38,808 nucleotides of DNA from Octopus bimaculoides (lineage: Eukaryota), in the NCBI RefSeq assembly GCF_001194135.2, contig NC_068988.1, positions 61,488,982-61,527,789 on the forward strand. The letters are read 5' to 3'. Below are positions 14,209 through 26,612 of this stretch, one piece after another. Numbering within the stretch: the stretch's first letter is position 1; every line of letters starts with the position of its first letter. The notes beneath the pieces were generated by a model, which ran no database searches, had not been told where the DNA came from, and saw only the letters and a list, made by a program, of their open reading frames with translations. A program made the translations under genes and the position numbers.

Positions 14209-14241
<33 letters not shown>

Positions 14242-14316
14242 TGTATGTATGTATGTATGTATGTATGCATGTATATATGTTTGTATGTATGTATGTGTGT
14301 ATCTATATATATAATA

Positions 14317-14355
<39 letters not shown>

Positions 14356-14396
14356 CAAATATATTATATATATATAATACATATATATACATACAA

Positions 14397-14457
<61 letters not shown>

Positions 14458-14624
14458 ACAAATATATTATATATATATATACATATATATACATACAAAT
14501 ATATATACATATATATATATATGTATATGTATGTATATATATTTTTATATATGTTTGTATATGTATTATATATATGTTTATATATATTGATATATATATG
14601 TGTGTGTGTATATATATTATATAT

Positions 14625-14655
<31 letters not shown>

Positions 14656-14672
14656 TACATACACATATATAT
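14209..14672. repeat. (GTAT)n followed by compound (TA)n/(CA)n microsatellite
   Basis: Direct reading. Confidence 0.95.
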
Positions 14673-14984
14673 TTGAAAATCTATGAGGATTATTTAATAC
14701 AGTCTCCGAAGTGAAACGCTGTGTTTTTTTTTTATTATTTATATTTTAAAATGTTATGAAATCTTCTATGAGAATGTTATACACCTTTTTGGGTGAGAAG
14801 TTTTTTTCTAGTGTGTCAGCGCTTCCGTTAAACTTTTTCATATATATGATGTACATTCAGAAAATGGTACTCCTCTTACGGTCTCGGTTAACAAACCATA
14901 CAGTAATCCGTTGCATATAAGTGTAAAGTAGAGAGTCCATGTGGGCGAATATCCAGAAGAACCGATCAATTAAATGTTACTGAT

Positions 14985-15120
14985 TTCTGAGTTAAACTTC
15001 TACCAGGCATGAGTTGCTTTCAATCCTTCCGGGGTCGATAAGATAAGTATCAGTCGAACACTAGTGTCAATGCAATCGACTTACATGCACCTCCGAAATT
15101 ACTGATCTTGTGACAAAATT
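14985..15120 (+). mobile_element. Degenerate SINE family A copy
   Basis: ctgagttaaacttc...ccttccggggtcgataagataagtatcag...aatcgactt matches the 11100 unit. Confidence 0.7.
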
Positions 15121-15136
15121 ATATGTTACTAACATT

Positions 15137-15210
15137 GAGAGAATATACTAATTTAGCCTTAACTTTGAGAATATACTATTAGCCTTAACTTAATATACTA
15201 TTAGCCTTAT
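15137..15210. repeat. Three-copy minisatellite (aatatactattagccttaactt-like)
   Basis: Direct reading. Confidence 0.85.
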
Positions 15211-15223
15211 CTTTGTCTTTCAG

Positions 15224-15265
15224 CGAAGTTTAAGGAAGAGGTCGTACCAGTATACGCGTTTGTTC
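15224..15265 (+). other. Candidate 42-nt micro-exon (unverified)
   Basis: Acceptor ccttatctttgtctttcag and donor gtgagt; length divisible by 3; two open frames (RSLRKRSYQYTRLF and xKFKEEVVPVYAFV). Confidence 0.3.
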
Positions 15266-16877
15266 GTGAGTGTGCTGTCCCTCTTTATCTTCTCAAATTC
15301 TTTGTTCACCAACACTTTCTGCTACTTCATTCATCCTATTCTCTTCTGGTTTTTCAGACTCGTTTATTTCATCACCTGCCCTGAAAGTCACTTATTCCAT
15401 GTATAGCACAGTAAAATATATGAAGTCTTGCTTTATGTCACAATTGCCGACAATATTCAGAATCGCAATTTTTGAAACGTATTAAAATATTATAGTTTTA
15501 TACGATAGTATATATACACACAACGAAAGAATGCTGAAACTTGGCATATGGTAGCATAAAATATCTAATTATCATATACGACGAATTGGCGGAAATTAGT
15601 GGAAATAGAAAATTTATACATAAATATCAGAAAAGTATCACCGAAATTAAAAATAAATTCAACTACGCAATAGGATTTGGAAAATTACACACACACATAC
15701 ACACATACGCACACAAACACACATGCTAATATAGCTCCTGTCCGCACGCATGTTTATATAGATAGATCGAAATTTAGCTTCTAAGGGATACATTAGGAGA
15801 ATTTTTTTGCTTAACCTTAAGTCAAACTTAAAGCAGAAAACTATGTTGAGGTTTAATGTAGGATTGTAGAATTTGACTGCCATTATCTACCTGCCAAGTG
15901 ACGTCGCATTCTCTTTTCGTTACCACGTATATAATTGGTAGAAATATTTGTCGAGAATTACCTTTTTTGTCTAACAACACACATCAGATTAATAACGTCA
16001 ACAGCTAAGGGCTGACTACTCGGTTTGTAGTTACTTCTGTAATACATGGTCTGAATCAGAATATCAAGTTGAAGTTTTAAAAGCACATGTAAAAGAAGTT
16101 TTTAGCAGTCAGAGTATAGGTTTAATAAGAACTATCACTTTCAGTGTATTCAGTGCTCAGAAACCATTTCCAAATAGAACATCTACCTCAAATCACACCC
16201 TTCCATTTTAAAAAGACACATTTAATATTGTAGGCATAGATAAATAGACTAAATGGCTAGATGTGGAAAGTTAAAGATTGAATAATTTTCATAAAATTCT
16301 ACTTGATCAGGTCTTCTGTATGGTTAAGAAACATCATCACAACCGCCACAGCTTCGAGCACTACCACTACCATCAAAAACACGAATTTATGATGCACTAA
16401 ATTTTGAAGCAGTTGTTATTCTTTAAACACACGTATATATGTTGGAGCAGACGGACTCAAATACGATCCATCAGTAATGATTGTTTCTGTTGCATGGCCA
16501 AGACAAACAAATATCTCGTATATTTTTCTTTTATCAAACTTTGATGTCATTGATGTCAGAGAGACATGGCGGATATTTCTAATAGGTTCAACATGCATGT
16601 ATATGGTCACCTCACCAATTGCAAAAAAAATGTTATTGCTATTCCATATGGTATTTCTGTAGACTACATTATATAATATGTTTTTCCTTTTCAACATAAA
16701 TTAGAATTTGAATAGAGGCGTTTTCGGTTGTTATTTCTAGTATCCGATAAGCAGTCTAGATGGGTCCGCCTCCGATTGTTTCAGGAAAATGTATTAATGT
16801 AGTTGATAGTATTGCTATGGCTGACAGTGTTGGTGCTGTTTTTCTAAGTAGTTCTATGTTATTCAATAAAATTTTAG

Positions 16878-17120
16878 TACCTAGTTGAATCAAAAGTTGT
16901 TTCGCATTTGAAGTTTTAAATAATAGCTGAAAGAAATTGCATAGGAAAAACATGTTTTCATCAAAATTTATCCCATAATATTTTGTTATCTGTTACCATC
17001 GTCGTGCTACTAGCTTAATTCCACGTTTATGCAACTTGGATGGTTTTCTGGCAAACAATCCCTGCACTCGTTTTCAACATCATCCATAATGTTGAATGAC
17101 TGTTCGAGAAGGAAATAAGT
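16878..17120 (-). mobile_element. Mariner relic: transposase C-terminus plus 3' TIR
   Basis: Minus strand reads FLLEQSFNIMDDVENE, then after a frameshift LFARKPSKLHKRGIKLVARRW*QITKYYGINFDE (17058-16957), resembling the mariner end FFxSKxxxFYxxGIxxLxxRWxKVxxxxGxYF. It is followed by the TIR-like ta-cctagttgaatcaaaagttgtttcgcattt at 16878-16910. Confidence 0.6.
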
Positions 17121-17489
17121 TATGTCTCGGAAATCACTTTCTAGACAAGTATTGATACGTATCTGAAATATTCAATAAATAGTCCACTAATTTTTAGATT
17201 GTTTTGACAGTGATCGTAATTTAAAGGCGCCAGAAAACAAATATAAGACAGAGATAATACATAAAGATTTCACCTACGGTGGACTACTTCTACATAATTT
17301 CCTTAACATTGCATAACTTTCATTTTGTTCCTATTATTGTTTTTATTTTGGCCCCTGAATCCAAACTTGAACAAACCAATGTATTTCAAATACGAACGAT
17401 CCATTTCTTTTGCAACATGGCTAAATATGATACTAACGGTGTATTGTAGGAAATTTGGTTCGTATTTTTAACAGACTCCGCGAGCACCT

Positions 17490-17710
17490 AATAATCCTTT
17501 CTAATTTTGGCTTGCGGCCAGCAAATTTGATGAAGCGGAGTATGTAAGTTTATCAATCCCAGTACACGACTGTTATAGATTTTCTTGACACAGAAATCAC
17601 GAAAGAAAAATGGATCGCGGTGGAATTTAATAGCAGAACGTAACGAATAAGAATAGATACCACAATGAATTATTTTCCAATGCTCTCACGATTCTGCTAG
17701 CTCACCGCCT
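17490..17710 (-). mobile_element. Degenerate SINE family A copy (antisense)
   Basis: Reverse complement starts ggcggtgagctagcagaatcgtgagagc and ends in a tail resembling family A (ggccgcaagccaaaattagaaaggattatta). Confidence 0.7.
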
Positions 17711-18961
17711 TACCCATGCCTTTCGTAATGCTAATATCTTTTAAAGTATATACAGTACTGCTGAAAAGTTTAATATATTCGTTTCCTTATTTTAATCTGA
17801 AGGAGGTCCAAAACTGTTTTTTAATTAGGCACAGTAAGGCCGAATAGTTAAGAAATGCACTTTGAAACCAAGAGTGATATTTCTACAGTCTCGGATTTAG
17901 CATTATCTTCATTTAAGTTAGGCAAACACCAACTTTATACGAGTACGTTAGATGGATTGTACACTTAAGTTAACAGTATCCCCATTTTCACACATTTGCT
18001 CAGAAATATTTTGTCAGAGATTTACGTTTAAATACACGTATCTATCGAATAACCAGCCATTTACATGCTAATTCAACGCACGGCTAATTCAGTTGCTCAA
18101 ACAGTCCATACTTCATTGGTGAACGACGGAGATCCATATTCGTCATCATATTATTTTAAGTGACTGGGAAGAGTTGAAAGCAGAAATTGAAATCGAAATG
18201 CATTTGTTATCGCTGAAGCTAGTCAATAAATATCTCACTTTATTAAGGGCAACACACACCAACCACCTCTAGGTACACTATCGAAATTCAATGAGATTTA
18301 TATCAAATTTCCACAGGAGACTATGCAACGTGTGCAATATTCTCTTGTGCTTTATATTAACAGCATTGTTCTTACATAGACTTATTTAACATATAGATAT
18401 GCTTAACGGTAGAACAGACTCGTATCTTGGAGGTGAAAGAAACACGATGCGGAGAGATAGCGGAGTTAATTCAGCAACATGCAGTTTACTGTGAAGATAA
18501 CTACACGTATGTTAGCGATACACATTCCCTCCATAAATCCTGCTCGTTATGGTTATATTCCATTGTGGTCTTGGCTGCAAATGAAGGAAGCAAAATAAAA
18601 CGGAATAAAACTAAGGAAAACAAGGCAGTCTAGCATAGCATTCTGATTAATGTTATGTTATATAAACATGCAAATGCTGCTTTCTCACACGTATTTACAT
18701 ATGCATTAAGATATGAATGGCTATTCCTATATATACATATATATTTGTGTGTATGTGTGTATGTATGTGTGTGTATGGCTTTTCCAATATATATATATAT
18801 ATATATACATACATACATACATATGTGTATGTGTCTGTGTGCATGCACAACACACCCGCATACACACACACACATGTATTGTATTTGAGTTTAGGTGTGT
18901 ATATGTTTACATATGTGTATACAAGTCTTGCCACACTCTCACTTCATCCCTTCCTCCCTGT

Positions 18962-19043
18962 NNNNNNNNNNNNNNNNNNNNNNNNNNNNNNNNNNNNNNN
19001 NNNNNNNNNNNNNNNNNNNNNNNNNNNNNNNNNNNNNNNNNNN
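18962..19043. other. Assembly gap
   Basis: N run. Confidence 0.99.
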
Positions 19044-19770
19044 TATATATATATATATATATATGATTTACCTCTATTTTAGGCTGTGTGTACGCTGTAG
19101 ACATGCTGTTATCTAGATCTTGACATGTTTAGTGAAAGGTTTTTTTCGATTTCGACAGCACCAAAATGAAATGTTGGTTGGAAATCAGGGGTCTTTTGAG
19201 CTTTCTATACTGCTGATGGGTGAAAATTTTCATCTCATTAACTATCTGAGTGATGTGTTATAAAGAGCATGTCTTTTACCATAGACGACCTTCAACTATC
19301 TCGGTAGAAAAGAAGTGACGCTTGATAGGTAGTGTTTTCATGTGACCTCATATTACTCTGCTTTGCTTTGTCTTCTTTTCCCCATCCATTTTGGTGGTAT
19401 TTTCATTTAGTGTGAAAGATTTAGCAGAGATTGATCGCTAATCTTTTGTTTACATTTGTTTATTTAAATTTTCTTTTCTTTTGCTATTCATTCTGTGTGT
19501 TTAATTATTCATCAGATAAAGAGATTTCAACTTTTAATAGAAAATTCAGCTAAGCATGTTTTCCTCTGCCATTTTTAATCCGATTCGTTTATGCAAGCGA
19601 GAGGCTTTGGAGACGGTGAATCTGACACTGCATTTGCCTTATGTGAACTGATAATAAACACGCATTGAAGCTTCTTCACACCAGTCTCTGCGCAAATATT
19701 TGCTACAGTTCTTGTTTTCATGGAAACCTCATTAATCTATATATGCATGGCAGCACATATTTTTAAAAGA

Positions 19771-19793
19771 ATTATTATCATTATTATTATTAC

Positions 19794-19863
<70 letters not shown>
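19771..19863. repeat. (TTA)n microsatellite
   Basis: Direct reading. Confidence 0.95.
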
Positions 19864-20044
19864 TGTTTTCTCTCAGGAAGAATGATGCAGTCTGACAGAT
19901 TCAGACTGTAATTCTAAAATAAAAGAATTTTAGAAAACCAACAAGGCACTTGCTTGACCTGCTAAAAAGAGGGTCGTTGGTGCCGTGCGAATATCCAGAT
20001 GAGACAGTGATAGACTGAGATTATGAAGAAAGGAAAAGGAAAAT

Positions 20045-20045
<1 letters not shown>

Positions 20046-20096
<51 letters not shown>

Positions 20097-20140
20097 TAAT
20101 AATAATAATAATAATTATAACAATAATAACATTAATAATA
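20046..20140. repeat. (TAA)n microsatellite
   Basis: Direct reading. Confidence 0.95.
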
Positions 20141-20654
20141 AACAAATAGACTGACAAATATTCATACAGTCACAAGCATTCAGTGAACAACGATGGCATT
20201 AAAATACATACACATGCGCAGTAAAATGTAAACATACCCGATCTGAAAGACTCGTATATAGAGAATCTAAAACATACGTGAAGACATTTGTTTAGAATTC
20301 CATGGATTACACGCTTCTTTTATTAAAAGGCGTTGGTCGAGATCGGTTTGTCTCGGAGTTGAAGCCATTGTATGTAGTCATTGTTATTTACAGTAGGTCT
20401 GACTAAGCGATATTTCATGGACATCCCATTATTTTATCTAATACAAATAGTTTATTTCATACTGTTGTTCGGTGAATTTGTTTTCACTTTTCTTATTCTT
20501 ATTTTTAATGGTTTTGTAACTTTGAAAGCATTCAGTGCTAATGTTGTTAATATTGATTTTTCTCAAGATCATTGTATTGAGGATATATCGTGGATTTAAT
20601 TGCTTCCAGCATTTGATTGATACTTATTTTATTGATCCCAATATAAGGAAGTGA

Positions 20655-20860
20655 AGACGCGTAGACTCGTGGTCAGTTTTGTTGTACACCACATCGTGGT
20701 TTCAATTCTCGGAACGGACAGTGCATTGTGGATTTGAGCAAATGGTATTTTCAAAGCTGGTTCTGTTCTCTCAACTGTATATTAGTAACAATGAAATAGA
20801 CTGGCATTCACTTTAAGTGGATTGTCCGGTCAAATATACACCATGGGAATCGGGTACACT
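20655..20860 (+). mobile_element. Highly degenerate tRNA-derived SINE, probably a third family
   Basis: A-box-like gactcgtggtcag, B-box-like ggtttcaattctc, then cattgtggatttgagcaaa, which resembles a common SINE post-tRNA motif. Confidence 0.4.
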
Positions 20861-21101
20861 GTCTCCACACGCACTCACACAGACACACACATACGCACGC
20901 AGGCACGTACACACACAGCATGTCCTAGGAATAGCCACTACTTAATTTTTGATGGATAAAACGAAACTAAAAAGAATTGCCCTCGTCTACAGATTTGAGC
21001 TTACAGTTATAAGATCATACGAAGTCCATCGAAATTCATAATGTTCGGATCCACTTTTGATATTTTCTGCAGTGATCATTACATTAACCAATTTTTAAGG
21101 A

Positions 21102-21230
21102 GTGTGTTGGCAAAGTTAGTAAAAAATCGAACTAGCTATTTAAATTCTGAGTTCAAATCCTCCTGAAGTCAACGTTGTTTCTGAACATTTAGGGGTTGAT
21201 ACAACGCAGTACCAAACAAGTGCTCGGTTG
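21102..21230 (+). mobile_element. Degenerate SINE family A copy
   Basis: ttggcaaagttag...ctgagttcaaatcc...gaagtcaac...ggggttgatac...gtacca. Confidence 0.55.
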
Positions 21231-21804
21231 TATAAATTAGAATATGCTATAATATTTCTCTGATATATTTTTTCTTGATTATAAACCAATGTATATTTTA
21301 TTCATACCGATTGATTTTTGCAATGATCTCCGCGTCAAGATATCATAATGTACCGGATGAAATATATCGGACTACTTACAGATGCTTCGGTAGAATCTGA
21401 TACCAAATACTTTTCAGATCGATTTAACAACGCCTTTCTCCATGATCGATATATCTATAAAACTAAGAACCATCTCTCTATTCAGTGAAATATAATTCCA
21501 CTCCGTACTAATTGACGTTTTGGTAATGTTTGTGATTCTATATAAAGTGCGGTTGTTCAGTGCAAATTTGGGCCAAAAGGGTACATTATTGGCAGACCAA
21601 CTCGTGCCAATAATTGATGTCGTTATTTATTGTTCGGATTGAATATCTATATGGCCAATTACACAGCTAATGGACAGAATCTGTAGAGGTGCGGGTAAAA
21701 TGTCATACGGTATTGTGTCTGAGGCTCTTGGCACTGAATTCAAATCCCGCAGCGATCTAGTTTGGCTAACGATAAAAATAAAAATATAAAATGCTTACGC
21801 AGTC

Positions 21805-21910
21805 ATGGCTGTGTCGTGAAGAAACTCCTTTTGTAATGATGTTGTTTCGGATTGGTTCAGCCTCACTGCGCATCACATTGAGTGTCTTCTAATACAGAGT
21901 AGCGCCGACC
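21805..21910 (+). mobile_element. SINE family B 5' head fragment
   Basis: ggctgtgtcgtgaagaa...ggttcagcctcactgcg...gagtgtcttcta resembles the head of the 32227 copy. Confidence 0.55.
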
Positions 21911-22450
21911 ACTGACAGGACTCCAGCTGTCCTTGTCCGGCATGAAGAATTTGATTTCATAATCAGAATGTATACCTCACTAAGCATTCCTGGAAAGATT
22001 GTCAGTCCTGCTTCTTTGCACCGCCTCTCTCCTGATGGTGACCAAAATAACATCTTGGAAACCGGTTTGTTCTCGGGCCTGAAGCAATGGTAAACAAAGC
22101 ATAATCTTTCTCACTAAATGGTATCTGAACGTTATAGAAGGTATTGGTATAGTTCACTGGTTTATACAATTTCTCCTAAGTAGGTCAGTATATCATCCAT
22201 CAGTTATATTTTGCCATGGTTTTGTCTTATGATCCTAGTTTCTGAGTTGCATGGAAAAACTCTTTCTATGCATGCTCTGAAAAATATGTCTCAGTTATCT
22301 ATCCTCCACAGACATCATTAATTTTTGTAACATATTTATAGCGATCCGTGCCTGTACTGTTCTCAAATTAAAATGACCCTTGCATTCCGCCTAAATACGA
22401 CATAAATACAACACCTGGTTAATGATTTAGGGAATCATCACTGATTCGAA

Positions 22451-22512
<62 letters not shown>

Positions 22513-22660
22513 GTGTGTGTGTCTTTGTCCGCAGACCACCACTTGAAATTTAGTACCAGATTCTTTAACTCCCCTTAGCTTTTTGGTAAGTGAGATGCAT
22601 AAAATAACAGACAAAAAGAAAAAGAAAAGAAAAAGACAAAAAACAATTACTGTGTTTAAA

Positions 22661-22728
22661 TCATTCGACTAAAACAGTTCAAAATGTGTTGCAGTATGGC
22701 CGCAGTTCAATGACTGAAACAAGTAAAG
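22661..22728 (+). mobile_element. SINE family B 3' tail fragment
   Basis: tcgactaaa...cagtatggccgcagttcaatgactgaaacaagtaaag matches the tail at 32530-32590. Confidence 0.7.
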
Positions 22729-23234
22729 TATCAAAGAATCCTGAAAAATACATAGGCGAAAATCTATAATAGTGTCGGAGTGGATGCTTTGCGATTCCTC
22801 TCCCCACTATTTGAGTTCAAGTCCGACTAATTTCAGCTGAGTCGGAAGACGTGACTCGTCACCCTGCAGAAGATCATTTCCTGCCATCTCAGCTGCCGTC
22901 ATAAGAGACCATTCTCTTCGTGCAGTCAGATTTGCGGTTTGAGGATAGCTCTGCTTCAATAATCATTCTCAATGTCTCTGTTGTGTTTGGTAAGCTGTAG
23001 TTCCCTCCTCCGCATTAGGCTAAACAAAACAAAAAGAAGAATGAAAAAATAATTGATTAATGAAAGTGCTGGCGGAAGAGATGTGAGAAAGGCATTTATT
23101 TGTTGACATGAAATGTAACGAAGCACTGAAAGAACGTGTTTAACTGGACAGGGCAGAAAAAGTCACTTAGTCAGTCACTATGACTAAGACCAATCTAGTA
23201 GCAACCGGTGCAAAACCTTGTCGGGACCAGTGAT

Positions 23235-23560
23235 ACGGGGTCTGTTAAATAAATACCAGTTACGCATGGGTGTCGATATAATCGACTTAATTCGTTAGTC
23301 TGTCCTTGTTTGTCCCCCCTCTGTGTGGCCCCTTGTGGGAAATAAAGAAATAAGAAATGTTAGCACACTGGATGAAATGCTTAGCTGAATTTCGTCTGTC
23401 TTTTGGTTCTGAGTTCAAATTTCCACGGAGGTCGACATTGCCGTTCATCCTTTCGGGGTCTATAAATTAAGTACCATTTGCGTACTGGGGTACATCTAAT
23501 CAACTGCCCCCTACCCCCCAAAAAAATTCGTGCCTTGAGCCTTCAGTAGAAAAGGATATT
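23235..23560 (+). mobile_element. SINE family A: partial unit + linker + terminal unit
   Basis: Same linker as the trimer (ccttgtttgtcccc...gccccttgtggg..taaagaaataagaaa) and the same terminal tail. Confidence 0.85.
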
Positions 23561-23829
23561 TAATAGCAAGGAAATTGTGGTAAAATATAAGTTTTTGATA
23601 GTTATGTAGAGTGTTAGTATGTACAGAAAATTAGCGTAGGATTGACGGTGATATTGTAGATTATTAAGTGGCAGGGAGTTATTGAGAGTGAGATGAGAGA
23701 AAAAAAAAAGGAAAGAGAAAGTTTCGTTTATAATATTAATTTGTCCGAGCAATGAATATTCTTCTCTAAAGAAGATCATCGCCTGCCTCGTTGCTCTCTG
23801 TATGAGTGTGTTTGTGCATAAAAATTCTT

Positions 23830-24107
23830 TTATTTTTTATTCTTTCCCTTGTTTTTGTCATTCGATTACGGCCATGCTGGAGCACCGACTATAGTCGAGC
23901 AAATCGACCCCAGGACTTATTCTTTGTAAGCATATTACTTATTCTATCGGTCTCTTCTGCTAAACCGCTCAGTTACGGGGTTGTGTACACACCAGCATTG
24001 GTTATCAAGCGATGTTGGGGGTGGGGTGGCAAACAGAGACAGACACACCTATATATATACACGACGGGCTTCTTTCAGTTTCCGTCCATCGTTCTTTCAG
24101 TTTCCGT
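23830..24107 (-). mobile_element. SINE family B, 5'-truncated, antisense
   Basis: Reverse complement matches 32360-32590 (ggaaactgaaagaagc, cttagcggttcggca, gtcctggggtcga, gtgctccagcatggc). Confidence 0.9.
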
Positions 24108-24697
24108 TCATTGTTCTCAACACAATTAAAGAGATCTTGTGAGTTTGCTTTTGGTCAGCTGAAACCAGTTCTAGCAGAAACTTGGCAGCCATGCGTCTCA
24201 TACCCAAATCTTCTGTGATAATAACCTGAAATAAAGCGTAACTAATGTGCACATCCTCTGATAACCTGCGCATGGTTATTGGACGATTTCTCCTCACATT
24301 TGCACGCGTGTTGCGATGTTTTTCTCAGTTCCGCTGGTTGCGGGTGTCCCAGAACATTCCTTAATATCGATATTTTTTTCAGCCTTCTTAGAAACGTCTG
24401 AGCAAGTGGTACACTTGTGTGCGGATCATACACTTCTCTCCATACACTTCTCTCCATACACTTTCTGTAAATTTTCGTAGTCCTCTGAGCAGTTATCCTC
24501 ACGACAGCTTTCTCTGTCATGCTCAATGCGACGTTCATACACTACACACCAGTAAACAGCAGAAGTGAGCTAGAACGTTAAACCTTAGTTCGCATTTACA
24601 GCAGAGATCAGGGTCAATCTTTGTCAAGCGGCTTCACTCTGTGTGCTTAGCTCGTTGCTATAGAAACAATCCGGATACTTATTGATAAGACCTCGTA
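24108..24697 (-). mobile_element. Mariner relic: 5' TIR plus N-terminal DNA-binding half of transposase, inactive
   Basis: TA (24696-24697) then TIR-like cgaggtcttatcaataagtatccgga. Translation across frameshifts gives ENLQKVYGEKCM, RTQVYHLLRRF*EG and VRRNRPITMRRLSEDVHISYALFQVIITEDLGMRRMAAKF..ELVSADQKQT..LFNCVENNE. It is truncated just before the TGDE catalytic motif. Confidence 0.9.
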
Positions 24698-25248
24698 TAT
24701 GCATATATACTCACTATATACATAACTTGTAATCCAACTCGACAGAACTACATTTTCTCTTTAAACTGTAAGACAAAATTTTTATTGGTTAATACTAAAT
24801 AAGCTTTCTGTACTATTCGTTTTGCTTTCTTTAAAAAACAGTACATTTTTTCTTATGTTCACCTTAATTACATTTTAACTATTTCAAACAATATACGCAC
24901 GGATTTATGTATGTGTTTTTTCTGTTCTTTTTTCGTTCCGGTGATTTTTTCTTTCGTTTCGCTGTCTTCCGAATGTTTGTTTAGTTTCGTACAATTCTTT
25001 ATATAGTGTTTCCTGAATTTTATTAATCTGTCATTACAATTGCCGTTTTGTTTCTTGTTGTGAAAAGATTTTCGGTGGACTAAAATAAAAGAGTAATATA
25101 CGGAAAAGAAAGAAAAAAATAAGAAGAAAACATCCTCAACTCAATCGGAGTAGAAATCTCTAACAAAAAATCTAATTAGTTGGTAACCCTTTTATTATTT
25201 TTCCGAAATAAAAAAAAAATGTATTCATTATTATCATTATGGCTTATC

Positions 25249-25625
25249 CTTCTTCTTCTTCTTCTTCTTCTTCTTCTTCTTCTTCTTCTTCTTCTTCTTC
25301 TTCTTCGTTATCAGCAACATCAATATCATCAAAATCATCATCATCATCATCATCGTCATCATCATCTTCAACACCCTCACCATCAACATCATACTTCTCT
25401 TTTCTGCTATTTCTTTCGCCCCTCCTTCTCATATTCCTTTTCTCCTCTCCTTAAACCCACGCTTCTTCTCACTTGTTGTTGTTGTTGTTGTTCTTCTTCT
25501 TCTTCTTTTTCTTCTTCTTCTTTCTTTTCTTCTTCTTCTTCTTCTTCTTCTTCTTCTTCTTCTTCTTTCCATTTTCCTCCTCCTACTTCTTGTACTCCTT
25601 CCTCTTCATCTTCATCTTCATCATG
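25249..25625. repeat. Compound (TTC)n-(CAT)n-(TTG)n-(TTC)n trinucleotide tract
   Basis: Direct reading; source of the poly-S/L/E ORFs. Confidence 0.95.
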
Positions 25626-26081
25626 TTCTCCTCCGCCTATTATATTTGAGGTCTTCTTTTTAGAGAAAAGAACAATAAACCTCTCCTCTTCCTTTTCCCC
25701 TAACACTCCTAGCGTTGCCCTCCTCAACTCCATCATTGTCATCTCCTACGCCTCCTCTTCCCCTCCCTCCCCTTAATTTTCTCTTAGTGCTGTTGTCACT
25801 GCTACCGCTACCGTTACTACTACTATTTCTCCTGTCAGTGCTTTCATGATTGTTTTCACTTTCATTCAAGCTGTTATTTCTCTCTTCTTAGCAAACTTTC
25901 ATTGTTTGTAGCAATTTTCCCTGTTTTTGCCATCTTTTTATTTCTCTCGTTTTTCGGTTAAACGTTTTCATTCGAAACTTATTTTTGTATCGAGTCATGA
26001 ATTTGTAATGATTTTCACCAATTTATTACTTAAAAGATTCAAAGTTCTTTTATTTTATTTGTCTGTTCATTGCTCTCGCTC

Positions 26082-26167
26082 TTTCTTCTTCTTCTTCTTC
26101 TTCTTCTTCTTCTTCTTCTTCTTCTTCTTCTTCTTCTTCTTCTTCTTCTTCTTCTTCTTCTTCTTCT
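26082..26167. repeat. (TTC)n microsatellite
   Basis: Direct reading. Confidence 0.95.
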
Positions 26168-26387
26168 TTTGCTTCTTCTCCTCCCCCTCCTTCTTCTCTC
26201 TCGCTCTCTCATTTTTCTTTTATATCTTGATCTTGATTTAGTAATTTGAGAACAAAACTACTTTTGTGAGGGGAAAAGAGCGAACAAAACAGTCAGCAGA
26301 TCAGATCTTGAATTAGATTCAATATAATATAATATGAGAGCATCTATTGAAGGAGAGATCCAACCGGAACAAATCGAGTTATAATGG

Positions 26388-26612
26388 TTACACAAGACGT
26401 GGTTTGAACGGAAGCATTAGTTCCGAAACTGTTTGTTTCATTGTCTGATACGTGACTGGAACATTTAGATTTGGATGTTTATCATTTCTTAGAACATTCC
26501 ATAACAGAATGGCGAATTCCGGGAAGAAGCTGTTTATTGACATTATGACTGCAGAGTCGCCTAACATAGTTGGAGCGGTGAAGTTATTATAATGCTTTGT
26601 AGTCGGCACCAT
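26388..26612 (-). mobile_element. Possible LINE ORF2 C-terminal relic
   Basis: NSFFPEFAILLWNVL resembles the NSFFPxxIxxWNxL motif near the 3' end of some LINE ORF2 proteins. Single motif only. Confidence 0.3.

Noticed and set aside
22032-22066. ctgatggtg...ggaaaccggtt, a hammerhead-like string with a palindrome
   Set aside because: A9 is missing and helices I and II do not form convincingly.
22535-22585. Exon-like segment with good splice signals
   Set aside because: Stops in all three frames; it overlaps SINE-like sequence.
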